A stretch of 64,000 nucleotides of DNA. Origin: Armatimonadota bacterium. Its GTDB lineage: Bacteria; Armatimonadota; HRBIN16. Where the stretch lies: the NCBI GenBank assembly GCA_963677485.1, contig OY781964.1, forward strand, positions 928,001 to 992,000, written 5' to 3'. Below, one piece after another: positions 41,155 to 50,513 of the stretch. The translations under genes were made by a program, and so were the position numbers. The notes beneath the pieces were generated by a model, which saw nothing but the letters and a program-made list of their open reading frames with translations, ran no database searches and had not been told where the DNA came from. The first letter of the stretch is position 1; each line of letters starts with the position of its first letter.

Positions 41155-42023
41155 GGATTACTTCACGACGCGCGGTTGACATCGTGCGTCGGCACCTCCA
41201 CGAAAAAAGAGCTGGACATGCCGGCACGCTGGATCCGGAAGCGGAAGGTCTTCTGCTGATCTGCCTTGGGCGGGCCACACGGCTGGTAGACAGCATCCAT
41301 GAACTGCCCAAAACATACATCGCCGGTCTCACCCTGGGACGCGATTCTGACACTCAGGATGCCTCAGGAGTGGTGTTACACAAGCAAGACAGCTCACATA
41401 TCACTGAAGCCGATTTGCGATGCTCCCTGAAGCAGTTCACGGGCGATATCATGCAGATGCCCCCCATGTACTCCGCATGCCATCACAATGGTGAACGGCT
41501 GTATGACCTGGCACGCCAGGGGATCACTGTAGAGCGTCCGTTACGCCCTGTCACAATACACCGTCTCGAGCTCATCGACTTCACCCCAGGTAACCCAGCA
41601 CAAGCCCACATCGAGATAGAATGCAGCACGGGAACCTACATCCGAACCCTCTGCCATGACATCGGCCAGGCTCTGGGATGCGGCGGCCTCATGCACTCGC
41701 TAAACCGCACCTCGATAGGACCTTTCACGGTTGAGAGCGCCTTGACGGAAGACAAACTTGATGAGGGATGGCCCGGTGCGCTCATCCATACACAGACGCT
41801 GCTGCCCGAGCTCTACCCTCCGGTCACATTCAATTTGTTTGAGCAGACAAGGCTCTACAACGGCTTGTTAGTGCGTGTGGCGGATAAAGTGCCCCTAGAG
41901 GTTACAAGCGGGCTATTTGCGGGTGTGAACGAGCAAGGGCTCGGGTTCGCTACGGTCAGCCTGGAAGAAGGCCAGTTTCGCCCAGTTAAGGTATTTGGAT
42001 TATTGGAGGATGTCGAGAGATGA
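41121..42023 (+). CDS. truB: tRNA pseudouridine(55) synthase
   Basis: KPLGITS, GHAGTLDP, QMPPMYSA, CSTGTYIRTLCHDIG. Confidence 0.96.
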   Translation: MDGLLPFHKPLGITSRRAVDIVRRHLHEKRAGHAGTLDPEAEGLLLICLGRATRLVDSIHELPKTYIAGLTLGRDSDTQDASGVVLHKQDSSHITEADLRCSLKQFTGDIMQMPPMYSACHHNGERLYDLARQGITVERPLRPVTIHRLELIDFTPGNPAQAHIEIECSTGTYIRTLCHDIGQALGCGGLMHSLNRTSIGPFTVESALTEDKLDEGWPGALIHTQTLLPELYPPVTFNLFEQTRLYNGLLVRVADKVPLEVTSGLFAGVNEQGLGFATVSLEEGQFRPVKVFGLLEDVER

Positions 42024-42931
42024 ATGCACGTAACCGAGGATGCGTAGTGACCATCGGCTCCTTCGACGGCCTTCACAGAGGCCACCAGGCACTCATCGCG
42101 CGCGCCAACGATTTAGGCATCAAGGCCGGTATGCCCTCGATGGTGCTCAGCTTTGACAGGCACCCAAGCAGCATCCTCTCCAGCCACTCTGTGCCTATCA
42201 TCATGAGCCTGAATGACCGTTACAAGCTGATGTGCGACGCTGGTGCCGATGTGGTAACCATCCTCAAGTTCGATCACGCCTTAGCGGCTGAGCCGGCCCG
42301 TCACTTCGTCAAGCGTGTGCTGGTCGATGACCTGGCGGTACGCTGTGTGGTGGTGGGTAAGGACTTCCGTTTTGGTAAAGTGCGAGAAGGCGACTGCGCG
42401 TTGTTGAAGCAACTGGGTGATGAATATGGCTTCTGTGTAGAGCCGCTGGAGGACATTACATATCTAGGCCGTAGAATGAGCAGCAGCCGTGTCCGACGCG
42501 CGTTGGCGGAAGGCCGATTAACCGATGCCAACGTGATGTTGGGGCGTCCGTTCTTTGTGCGCGGCATGGTTGTGAAGGGGCAGCAGCTAGGACGGGTCAT
42601 TGGGTTTCCTACCGCCAATCTGCAAACACAGCCTGACCAGTGCCTACCAAAATACGGAGTCTATGCTGGCCTGTTCAGCACAGATGATGGGAATTCGCAT
42701 ATCGCAGCGGTGGGTATCGGCATACGACCAACGGTCACAGGGAGCCACTCCCCCACCGTCGAAGCTTACCTACCTGGATTTTCCGGAAACCTGTATGACA
42801 AAGAGGCGTTGTTGAGCCTGCATTACTTCCTGCGGGAAGAGACGAAATTCGACAGCCTGCGCGAGCTGCAGCTTCAGATGCAGCAAGACGTTCACCAGAC
42901 CATGCGCCTCATGAGGGGCGTGGAGGTTTAA
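42020..42931 (+). CDS. ribF: Bifunctional riboflavin kinase/FAD synthetase
   Basis: IGSFDGLHRGHQ, VGKDFRFG, SSSRVR, GRVIGFPTAN, LREETKF. Confidence 0.96.
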   Translation: MNARNRGCVVTIGSFDGLHRGHQALIARANDLGIKAGMPSMVLSFDRHPSSILSSHSVPIIMSLNDRYKLMCDAGADVVTILKFDHALAAEPARHFVKRVLVDDLAVRCVVVGKDFRFGKVREGDCALLKQLGDEYGFCVEPLEDITYLGRRMSSSRVRRALAEGRLTDANVMLGRPFFVRGMVVKGQQLGRVIGFPTANLQTQPDQCLPKYGVYAGLFSTDDGNSHIAAVGIGIRPTVTGSHSPTVEAYLPGFSGNLYDKEALLSLHYFLREETKFDSLRELQLQMQQDVHQTMRLMRGVEV

Positions 42932-42968
42932 GGGCTGACTGACGCCCGAACCCTTGAAAGTAACTTGG

Positions 42969-43135
42969 TTGGCTATGTCCGGGGCGGTCTGACGGTATGC
43001 TGATAATTTCCGCTGTCTTTAGACCGCGCCGGTCTTGTTCCCGAAACCAACCTGAGAGGCTATCCGCCAGACCGGCGCGGTCTCGAGCCTACTGTAACCG
43101 CTAACCTACTCACAGACCGCCCCGGACTCAGCCAA
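42969..43135. repeat. Solo copy of nested-palindrome element (same family as 4478-5124)
   Basis: TTGGCTATGTCCGGGGCGGTCT...AGACCGCGCCGGTCT...GGCTATCCGCCAGACCGGCGCGGTCT...AGACCGCCCCGGACTCAGCCAA. Confidence 0.9.
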
Positions 43136-43263
43136 AATAATGGAACGCATCAAGGCTGCCGTGCCAGCACGAGCAACTGCTCTAAATCAAGTCACCAAAT
43201 CAGACCCTGGGTAGATGCCATCTGCCCGCCTACCATAGGTATCGCACACGGTGGCTCAATACG

Positions 43264-43295
43264 GAAAGAGCAGCCCCTTTCGAGGCTGCTCCTTC
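43264..43295 (-). terminator. Terminator hairpin of SPFH gene
   Basis: GAGCAGCC-N8-GGCTGCTC followed by TTTCC on the minus strand. Confidence 0.6.
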
Positions 43296-43304
43296 TGCAT
43301 GAGA

Positions 43305-45476
43305 CTAGTACGGGCGATTGGGTGATTTACCGCCATTTTGGCGTCCTTCGTCCTTACCCGGCTCTACCTTCGGCTCAGTTTGGGGAACCTCAGGCACGCG
43401 CTTAGGCTCTTCAGCCACGTGAGGCAGGCTTTCAGCGGCCTGCACTTCGGGTTCTGAATTCGCCTGGCTCATGATCTGCTTGGTCAGCTCATCAATGGTC
43501 GCCTGCTCTTCGTCTGGCGTTTTTGGCAGCTCCAGGTCTTTCGCGAACTCCCTGAGCTTCTCCACTGAGAACAGGTTTAGCAGCATGCTGAGCGCATTTG
43601 CCCCACCCTTTTCGCCATCGTTGCCCAGATTGACTGTGGTGACCGGCACCAGCGCCTGCTTTCCAGCTTTGATGGCGTCGGCAAAGGACTGTGCCACCTG
43701 CGCGTAGACCTGGTATTCAGCCCCGCCATAAGCGTTGACCTTCTGCTTTGTGGCGATACCCTCGGCGATACCGATCTTGGCGATCTTCGTCGAGTCCGCG
43801 TTGGCATTCAGAACCGTGGCTTTCGCCTGTGCTTCTGCGGTGATGACCGTTCTAGCTGCGTCCTGAACGGCTTTAGCCTTCTCGGCTTTACCAACGTTCT
43901 CCTCGGTCACGATTCGAATCTCGGAGACAGTCAGTGCGGTTTGCTGGTTGGCGGTAGCCTCAGCCTGTCGTAGCTGCTTCTCTTGCTCCGCTGCTTCACC
44001 CTGACGTTTGTAGGTCAGGATTTTTTCCACAGCGATCTGCCGGTCACGCAACTGGGCATACATGGTCTCGATGCCTTTATCACCGCTTGCCGACCGTGGT
44101 GTGCCGATCAGCACATCATGAAGCTCCAGGTTGTAGTCCGCCAATCGTTCTTTGATCACCTTGAGTGCCTCTTCGCCAAGCTCAGAACGCTGCTGAACCA
44201 ACTGCAGCAAGGTTCTTTTCTGACCAGCGTTCTTGAAGAAGGAGGAGACCATTGGGTCAAGGCTCTGTTCAACCAGCACCTTGATATCGCCAAACTTCTG
44301 AATCAGCTTCGGTGCCTCATCGCAGTTGATGCTCAGCACCACGCTCAACGGCAGCTCTGGTTCGAATGCATCTGAAGTGATGAGCTGCACTGCCGCCAGA
44401 CCGCTGTCATATCCATGAGCTTCGGACGAAGCACTGTCCCACTTCAGCACGAAGTTGGTGGTGGGCACCGAGATCACCTTGGCGGCATCAATATTGATGG
44501 GGTATTTGCCCGGCATCAATGGCTTGCCCCAAATACCGCGTTTGCCATTTTCCACCAGCTTACCGTGGGTATAGTTGTCGCCAGAAATATCCGCGCCTTC
44601 GTCTCCATAGTAGGAGATCACGACACCCACACAACCCACGTTGATCACTGTTTTCGGCTGGAACTCGACAGTCGCAAACAGGCGGTTGATGTAGTATTTG
44701 CCATCAATCAACACCTGGTGCTGCTTACCACGAAGCCCCCCAGCTTTCAGGAACTTCTCCGGGTCCTGGAAGCTGTGATGGTAAGTATCCGGTTCTTTTG
44801 GATTATTACCAACCGTCGGGCAAATGATCTGCTCTTCGGGCGGGTTGGGGCCATCGTTGACAATGACGATACCGACCGCATCGTTGGAACCATCAATCAC
44901 AACCGGCTCGAACCCGCCATCTTTTGTGATCTTCTGGCTCATTTCGTCCATTTCCTTGCGCTCGTCATCGCGTTCGCCCATGGACAGGTAGTGTACTTTT
45001 CCGGAGGTAATCACAGCAAACAACGCGGTGTTGAGCGCATATGTTCCCTCACGCAGAATGCCGCGCTGAGGGCCGCGCTGGCCATTATTGGTCAGGAACT
45101 CCCGAGCATCCATGAAGTTACTGACGACCGATCCGAGAAGCTGCGTGGGCTCTAGCGGTTTTCCGTCGCGGGCGAAAATATACCCTATTTTGCCCTGCGA
45201 TATGGTGATCAGGGGTACTTTATGCACTCTGTACATGAAAGGCGACTTAAAGTGGATGCCGCTACGCAACACGTCCGGCTGATACCCAGCCTCGCCATTC
45301 AGCGCAATGATCGCCTGGTCCAGCGAGCCTTTAGGGGACCACCATTTTTCGACTATTCCAACTTCAGACGGCCGGATAATCCGGATACCTATCAGATTCA
45401 CGATGAGCCATACTGCAACGGCAATTCCTAGAATTACCAGCAGGGGTATTAGCAACTGAGGCAGTGCATTTGGCAT
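43305..45476 (-). CDS. Long SPFH/flotillin family membrane protein
   Basis: N-terminal TM, IIALNGEAGYQ, NGQRGPQ..LREGTY, VPTTNFVLKW, ITSDAFEP.LPLSV, C-terminal AE/AQ coiled coil. Confidence 0.88.
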   Translation of the reverse strand: MPNALPQLLIPLLVILGIAVAVWLIVNLIGIRIIRPSEVGIVEKWWSPKGSLDQAIIALNGEAGYQPDVLRSGIHFKSPFMYRVHKVPLITISQGKIGYIFARDGKPLEPTQLLGSVVSNFMDAREFLTNNGQRGPQRGILREGTYALNTALFAVITSGKVHYLSMGERDDERKEMDEMSQKITKDGGFEPVVIDGSNDAVGIVIVNDGPNPPEEQIICPTVGNNPKEPDTYHHSFQDPEKFLKAGGLRGKQHQVLIDGKYYINRLFATVEFQPKTVINVGCVGVVISYYGDEGADISGDNYTHGKLVENGKRGIWGKPLMPGKYPINIDAAKVISVPTTNFVLKWDSASSEAHGYDSGLAAVQLITSDAFEPELPLSVVLSINCDEAPKLIQKFGDIKVLVEQSLDPMVSSFFKNAGQKRTLLQLVQQRSELGEEALKVIKERLADYNLELHDVLIGTPRSASGDKGIETMYAQLRDRQIAVEKILTYKRQGEAAEQEKQLRQAEATANQQTALTVSEIRIVTEENVGKAEKAKAVQDAARTVITAEAQAKATVLNANADSTKIAKIGIAEGIATKQKVNAYGGAEYQVYAQVAQSFADAIKAGKQALVPVTTVNLGNDGEKGGANALSMLLNLFSVEKLREFAKDLELPKTPDEEQATIDELTKQIMSQANSEPEVQAAESLPHVAEEPKRVPEVPQTEPKVEPGKDEGRQNGGKSPNRPY

Positions 45477-45700
45477 AATTTACGGTTCCTCCATATGGCG
45501 ATTGGTCTACGAAGTCGGTGCGTAACACTCACATAAGGGAGCCGTTTTGCAACCCCTTATCTACCTCCATCACTTTGCCAAAGTTTGGAGACGTTACCAT
45601 CTACACACAATATACCACCAATCGTCGGTAGTTCATAGTGGTGAAACGCAGATAAATGTGGGAGCCCCGCTCCTGTGTTTAAAGCAGCCGGTTCTGTAGT

Positions 45701-45783
45701 TGATCCGGTCGTAGAGTTGACCTTTGTGGTCATCCGCAAGCGTTGGTGATCCCGTCGTAGGGATGACCCTAGTGGTCATCCGC
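45701..45783 (+). repeat. Two direct GTAG-REP-like copies (46-bp period)
   Basis: TGATCCGGTCGTAGAGTTGACCTTTGTGGTCATCCGC and TGATCCCGTCGTAGGGATGACCCTAGTGGTCATCCGC. Confidence 0.7.
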
Positions 45784-45910
45784 GGTCGTTCAGAAGAAAA
45801 TGATGACGGCAATAAAAGACTCATGCGTTACAACAAGGGGCGAAGTCATATACTCGGTATAGCAGGCTGAAAGTCAGCTTTGACTGTAAACAAAGGGTGG
45901 ATCGAAATAA

Positions 45911-46363
45911 CTACGAGACACTATCCTCGAGAAATGCCTGGCAGATGTCGATCCGGCTGATAATTCCTGTCAGCCGACCATCTGAGGTGACGGGTAGACG
46001 TTTCACCTTCTTCGCAAGCATCAGAGCGGCCGCTTCAAGCACATCATCGGTCTCTTCAACCATCACCATGGTCTTGCTCATCGCCTGCTGCACCTTCATT
46101 TCACGCACGATATTCACGCGCTGTTCGATGTCTTGCAGGCTTTCCCTGTATTGCTCGCTGTCAGGGTTATCACCGGGGGCAGGCAAAAGCTCACGGATAA
46201 TATCGTGTTCTGTAATAACACCAACTAGCTGGTTCCTGTTATCTACAACCGGAAGACCGCTCACTTGGTATAGGTCCATGCGGTCGACAGCGTCCCGAAG
46301 TGTATCGTCAGGTGACACGGTGACCAGTTGGGAGTGCATCAGATCAACAACACGCATCTGCAA
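45911..46363 (-). CDS. CBS-domain pair protein
   Basis: VTVSPDD..SGLPVVD..LVGVITEHDI; KRLPV..GRLTGIISRIDI. Confidence 0.93.
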   Translation of the reverse strand: MQMRVVDLMHSQLVTVSPDDTLRDAVDRMDLYQVSGLPVVDNRNQLVGVITEHDIIRELLPAPGDNPDSEQYRESLQDIEQRVNIVREMKVQQAMSKTMVMVEETDDVLEAAALMLAKKVKRLPVTSDGRLTGIISRIDICQAFLEDSVS

Positions 46364-46497
46364 GTCTCCTGCTTTTTATTTTATGTTTCAATATCAATTG
46401 TACACGGATGTATGCCTGCCATGCGAACGCTGCACATTAACCGTGTATTATCGGCTGTAGATAACTGCTCCACCAGCCTGGCTTCAGCTAGCACATA

Positions 46498-47325
46498 TCA
46501 AGCAGTCATTCGCCGTCGAACCGCCACGGTGCCGATGAACCCGAACAGCAACAGAATTGATGAGGGCTCAGCGCCTGATAGAGCCTGCTGATTGACGATG
46601 CCGATATCCACTGCGAAAAGCACATCGTTCATGTCCTTATCACCCTGGTTCATAGTGTCCTCAAATCCGAAGAGCAGGAAGGGACTATTGGGCACCGCAA
46701 ACGCGACCATATGCTGCTTCTTATCGGGGTTCAAGTTCGCGTGTCCCGTATATGTGCCGTACTGGCTTGAACCTGCACCATTTGCGATGGTGAAGAAATC
46801 AAGGTAGGTGCCAGCATCAAACCTACCCAGGTTGACAAAGTCACCAGGTATCAAGGGATTGTTAGCACTTCGCACATTGGCCCAGGTAGAGACATCAGGG
46901 AATATGATTTTGCTATCGGATTTTGGCGTCACTGCGCCACCCGTCGTATTGAAGCCTAAAGTATTACTAAATCCGGCACCCTCTCCTACGAAATAGATGC
47001 GCACATCAGCCTGAGTGGCCAGCTTCAATGCTGAGGGATCAACTGAAGCCACCCCAGTGTTGTTCACCTTTTCGGGCAGCATTTTTTGGCAGAATGCCTC
47101 AAGCAGGGGTAGTGAATTCGTTTTAAATTCGGCCGACTTTTGGTCTGATCCACCCACCATCACAGGAGCCACAATGTCGAGGCCCATAGGCCGAGCAGGG
47201 CTCTGTATCGGGGACATGGTGCCGGATGTTTGTAGTGCCGCATGAGCTAAAATGGAACCGGCAATCAAGAAGGCCATGAACGCCAGCTTCATTACAACTA
47301 GTTCATCCATTTCGATCTCTCTCAT
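46498..47325 (-). CDS. Secreted DUF4114 protein with PEP-CTERM-like tail (GAEP)
   Basis: Signal peptide; VRIYFVGEGAGFSNTLG, HMVAF..FLLFGFED..GDKDMNDVLFAVDIG; tail GAEPSSILLLFGFIGTVAVRRR. Confidence 0.75.
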   Translation of the reverse strand: MREIEMDELVVMKLAFMAFLIAGSILAHAALQTSGTMSPIQSPARPMGLDIVAPVMVGGSDQKSAEFKTNSLPLLEAFCQKMLPEKVNNTGVASVDPSALKLATQADVRIYFVGEGAGFSNTLGFNTTGGAVTPKSDSKIIFPDVSTWANVRSANNPLIPGDFVNLGRFDAGTYLDFFTIANGAGSSQYGTYTGHANLNPDKKQHMVAFAVPNSPFLLFGFEDTMNQGDKDMNDVLFAVDIGIVNQQALSGAEPSSILLLFGFIGTVAVRRRMTA

Positions 47326-47498
47326 GTACCATACCTCCTGAAATAGTCGGATTATAGTAAAAAGCCATAATATGACCTACATTGTAATATTAGTGTACCT
47401 GTATGTTGGAGTTGTTTGATAGCCAGTAGGATTCATCATGCAGTAGGCTCCAGCTACAAAACTAGGCTGGAGCCAGATGCCTACAACGGTCGAACTGC

Positions 47499-48338
47499 TT
47501 AAGCGTGCGCTACAGCAGTTTTACGTCGCCGAGCAGCTATAGTTGTGGTGAGGAAACCAGCCATCAGAAGCATTGTTCCTGGTTCGGAACCTGCAAGTGA
47601 TTCTTGGTTGGCCTTGCCAATGTCAACAGCAAACAGCACGTCATTGAAGTCGTTGTCGCCACCATTCATGGTGTCTTCAAATCCAATCAATAAGAACGGG
47701 CTGCTTGGTAATGCAAAGGCGACCATATGCTGTCGCTGATCGGGGTTAAGTAGAGGGTGCGCCGTAAAAACACTAGACCCATTGTTAGCACCATTTGAGA
47801 TGGTGAAGAAGTCCAATGTAGTACCAGCATCGTAGCGCCCCAAGTTGACAAAGTCGCCTGGAAGCAAAGGACTACTGGCATTACGCACGGTACCTGTGGT
47901 TGTGACGTCGGGGAAGATGAGCTTACTATCGGAAGAGGGCGTAACGGCCCCACCCGTTGTATTGAAACCAAGGGTGTTCCTATAACCAGCAAGTTCACCG
48001 ACGAAATAGACGCGGACATCGGCCTGAGTTGCAAGCGTCAAAGCCGATGGATCGATGGATGTCACCGAGGTGTTATTGTAACCTTCACCAAGGTTCTGCT
48101 GGATGAACGCCTGCAGCGAGGGCAGGCTCGCACTCTGAAAATCACTGGCTTTCTGATCAGACCCGCCAACCATCACCGGATCCACAATATTCAAGCCTAA
48201 TGGTCGAGCGGGGCTTTGGTAAGAAGCCGCCTCACCATCTGTCTGAAGTGATGCTTGAGCCGATGCGGTTGTTAACGTCATGATAGAAATGGCAGTGATG
48301 CCAAGAGCAAGGTGAAGTAGCGTCGCGGCTGTCTTCAT
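47499..48338 (-). CDS. Secreted DUF4114 protein with PEP-CTERM-like tail (GSEP)
   Basis: AGGAGG RBS; GFEDTMNGGDNDFNDVLFAVDIG; tail GSEPGTMLLMAGFLTTTIAARRRK. Confidence 0.78.
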   Translation of the reverse strand: MKTAATLLHLALGITAISIMTLTTASAQASLQTDGEAASYQSPARPLGLNIVDPVMVGGSDQKASDFQSASLPSLQAFIQQNLGEGYNNTSVTSIDPSALTLATQADVRVYFVGELAGYRNTLGFNTTGGAVTPSSDSKLIFPDVTTTGTVRNASSPLLPGDFVNLGRYDAGTTLDFFTISNGANNGSSVFTAHPLLNPDQRQHMVAFALPSSPFLLIGFEDTMNGGDNDFNDVLFAVDIGKANQESLAGSEPGTMLLMAGFLTTTIAARRRKTAVAHA

Positions 48339-48452
48339 TGTCGTCCTCCTAAGATGGGTGTTGTAGGCGTTTAAATTATACCTGTAGATTTCGATATCAA
48401 GGTAATTCAACATCATATATGCTCACCTATTAAGACATCCCATCTTGAGTTG

Positions 48453-48480
48453 TTGACCAATACCGCAAACCCTGTATAAT
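48453..48480 (+). promoter_or_regulatory. Sigma70 promoter of ankyrin gene
   Basis: TTGACC-N16-TATAAT. Confidence 0.6.
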
Positions 48481-48514
48481 TTTGCTGAACAGCAATTTGA
48501 GCGGGAGGCGATTT

Positions 48515-49540
48515 ATGAATATCTTTTTGCGTGTATTACCGTACCTCGTAGGCGCGTGGTTATTATATGGCCTGATACGTATGGCCGCATCAAAACGCCG
48601 TTGGGCAGTCTACTACTCGGTCTTGACTGATGACACGCAGCTTCTTGATGCACAGCTCGCAAAGGGCACATCGCCCAACTGCCGCACGAGGGATGGCCGT
48701 ACACCGCTGATGCTGGCCGCCGCCATGGGACGCACGGAGGCCTGCCGCGTGTTGATAAAACACGAAGCCCGACTGGGTGACACCATGCGCCTTTGCCGCA
48801 CTACCCTTGGGGGCGTGGGTGACTACGGCACGGCACTGCACCTGGCGGCGTTCTGCGGCCATCCTGAGACGGTTAAGGAGCTGCTCAAAGCACCTGACCA
48901 TCTGCAGGCACTAGCCACACCAGATGAGCGTGGGTGTACCCCGCTGGCCATCGCCTCGCTGATAGGCTACCCGGAATTGATCAAGCCGATGGTCAAGGGC
49001 GGTGCAGAGACTGACCCTCGAGACCGAGCCCAACTCACACCGCTTATGGCTGTCTGCGCTGCCAACTACCATAACATCCAGATGCTCCGTGCGTTGGTAT
49101 ATGATCAGGCGAAACTCAAGATCGCTCTGCCCGTAAAAGCTCCTGTTCATTTTATGCTAGCCGACAGCGGTTGGATGCCCGGCAAAGCCAGCGTTCTTGT
49201 CTACGGTTCTCGTCTCTGGTTTCCCTTCCTCAGCACACGCATGCATATGCCCTCACCCAAAGCTGCATGGGAGGATCGCCTGCTTGAGGCTGCAAAAATA
49301 TTGATTGAATGCAAGGCCGATGTGAACGCAGTTGACGAAAAGGGCCGTTCTCCGCTCATTCTGGCCGCCATGATGGGACGCAAGCCGTTCTGTGACTTGC
49401 TCCTGGCGAATGGTGCTGACCCAAAGCAGGCCGATGCCGAGGGGCATACATACGACCAGTTCCTGAAAGCGGAGCTTCAACCCAAACCCGTATCCCCGAA
49501 AGTCGAGGCGCGGCTTCGGGAGTTGGGTATGTGGGAGTAA
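48515..49540 (+). CDS. Membrane-anchored ankyrin-repeat protein
   Basis: N-terminal TM; GRTPLMLAA, GTALHLAA, GCTPLAIA, LTPLMAV, GRSPLILAA repeats; GGGAGG RBS. Confidence 0.88.
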   Translation: MNIFLRVLPYLVGAWLLYGLIRMAASKRRWAVYYSVLTDDTQLLDAQLAKGTSPNCRTRDGRTPLMLAAAMGRTEACRVLIKHEARLGDTMRLCRTTLGGVGDYGTALHLAAFCGHPETVKELLKAPDHLQALATPDERGCTPLAIASLIGYPELIKPMVKGGAETDPRDRAQLTPLMAVCAANYHNIQMLRALVYDQAKLKIALPVKAPVHFMLADSGWMPGKASVLVYGSRLWFPFLSTRMHMPSPKAAWEDRLLEAAKILIECKADVNAVDEKGRSPLILAAMMGRKPFCDLLLANGADPKQADAEGHTYDQFLKAELQPKPVSPKVEARLRELGMWE

Positions 49541-49541
49541 C

Positions 49542-49579
49542 AAAAAAACAGAGACGGGGAGCGGTCTTGGCTCCCCGTC
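49542..49579 (-). terminator. Rho-independent terminator between convergent genes
   Basis: GACGGGGAGC-N7-GCTCCCCGTC followed by TCTGTTTTTTT on the minus strand. Confidence 0.8.
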
Positions 49580-49637
49580 CCACTTCCGTCTGATAGGTTC
49601 GGTTTTCGGTGTGTCTCACGTGGTATCCGTTATTGGC

Positions 49638-50513
49638 TTACGCGGTTAGCATGGCTCGCTTTTTGTTTCGCAGGTTCAGCGCAACAGGAGTGAGCATTCC
49701 AGCGATCATGAGGATGGTTCCTGGCTCAGTGCCAGCCATCGCATCATGGTTTGCCTGGCCGATATCAACGGCAAACAGGTTGTCGTTGAGTTCGCCCTTA
49801 TAGGCACCGCTGGAGTCTTCGAAGCCGATCATGATCAAGGAGCTGTTAGGCACCAGATAGCTGACCATGTGCGGCATCTTGTCCGGATTCATTTCTGCTA
49901 CTGAACCAAATATCCCCTTATTCTTGCCGGAGTTGTTCGCTCCGTCGGAAACCAGGAAAAAGTCCAGCAGACTGCCGGAATCACGCTTACCGATATTGAC
50001 AAAATCGCCTGGCAGCAAAGGATTGTTCTGACCTGGACCCCGTTTGTTATGGTTCGTTTGCACGTTACTAAACACGTAGGCAGCGTCAGCTCCAATTGTA
50101 CCGGAGTCAGATCCGTCAACACCCAACATGTTTTGGTAGCCGGTCTTCTCATCTACAAAGTAGACGCGAACATCGGCGGCTGTTGAAAGCACCAGTTTGG
50201 AAGGATCGAGCTTGATGTAGCCGCTATCAGGCGACAGGTTGCCGATGCTTCCCTTGATGAATTCGCTCAGCTTAGGCAGTTGGGTCTCCTGGAAGTTCTT
50301 CGAAGCCTCATCTGCGCCGAAATACTGCAGCGAGCCCGCTGAAGGAAGATCAGGAGTTGGCGTTTGATCAACCTTTGACGAGCTATATTCCATTTCCTGA
50401 GTGATATCTAGTTCACTTTCGGAAATAGAAGCTAATGACGGTACAGATGCCAGAACCATTAGGGACACCGAAAGACCGATCAGACTTGTTTGCAGCGTCT
50501 TGGCTGTGAACAT
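49638..50513 (-). CDS. Secreted DUF4114 protein with PEP-CTERM-like tail (GTEP)
   Basis: GAGGAGG RBS; DPSKLVL..ADVRVYFV, PLLPGDFVNIG, HMVSY..IGFED..ND.LFAVDIG; tail GTEPGTILMIAGMLTPVALNLRNKKR. Confidence 0.72.
   Translation of the reverse strand: MFTAKTLQTSLIGLSVSLMVLASVPSLASISESELDITQEMEYSSSKVDQTPTPDLPSAGSLQYFGADEASKNFQETQLPKLSEFIKGSIGNLSPDSGYIKLDPSKLVLSTAADVRVYFVDEKTGYQNMLGVDGSDSGTIGADAAYVFSNVQTNHNKRGPGQNNPLLPGDFVNIGKRDSGSLLDFFLVSDGANNSGKNKGIFGSVAEMNPDKMPHMVSYLVPNSSLIMIGFEDSSGAYKGELNDNLFAVDIGQANHDAMAGTEPGTILMIAGMLTPVALNLRNKKRAMLTA

Noticed and set aside
45550-45605. Fluoride or c-di-GMP riboswitch upstream of the SPFH gene
   Set aside because: Consensus nucleotides do not match convincingly
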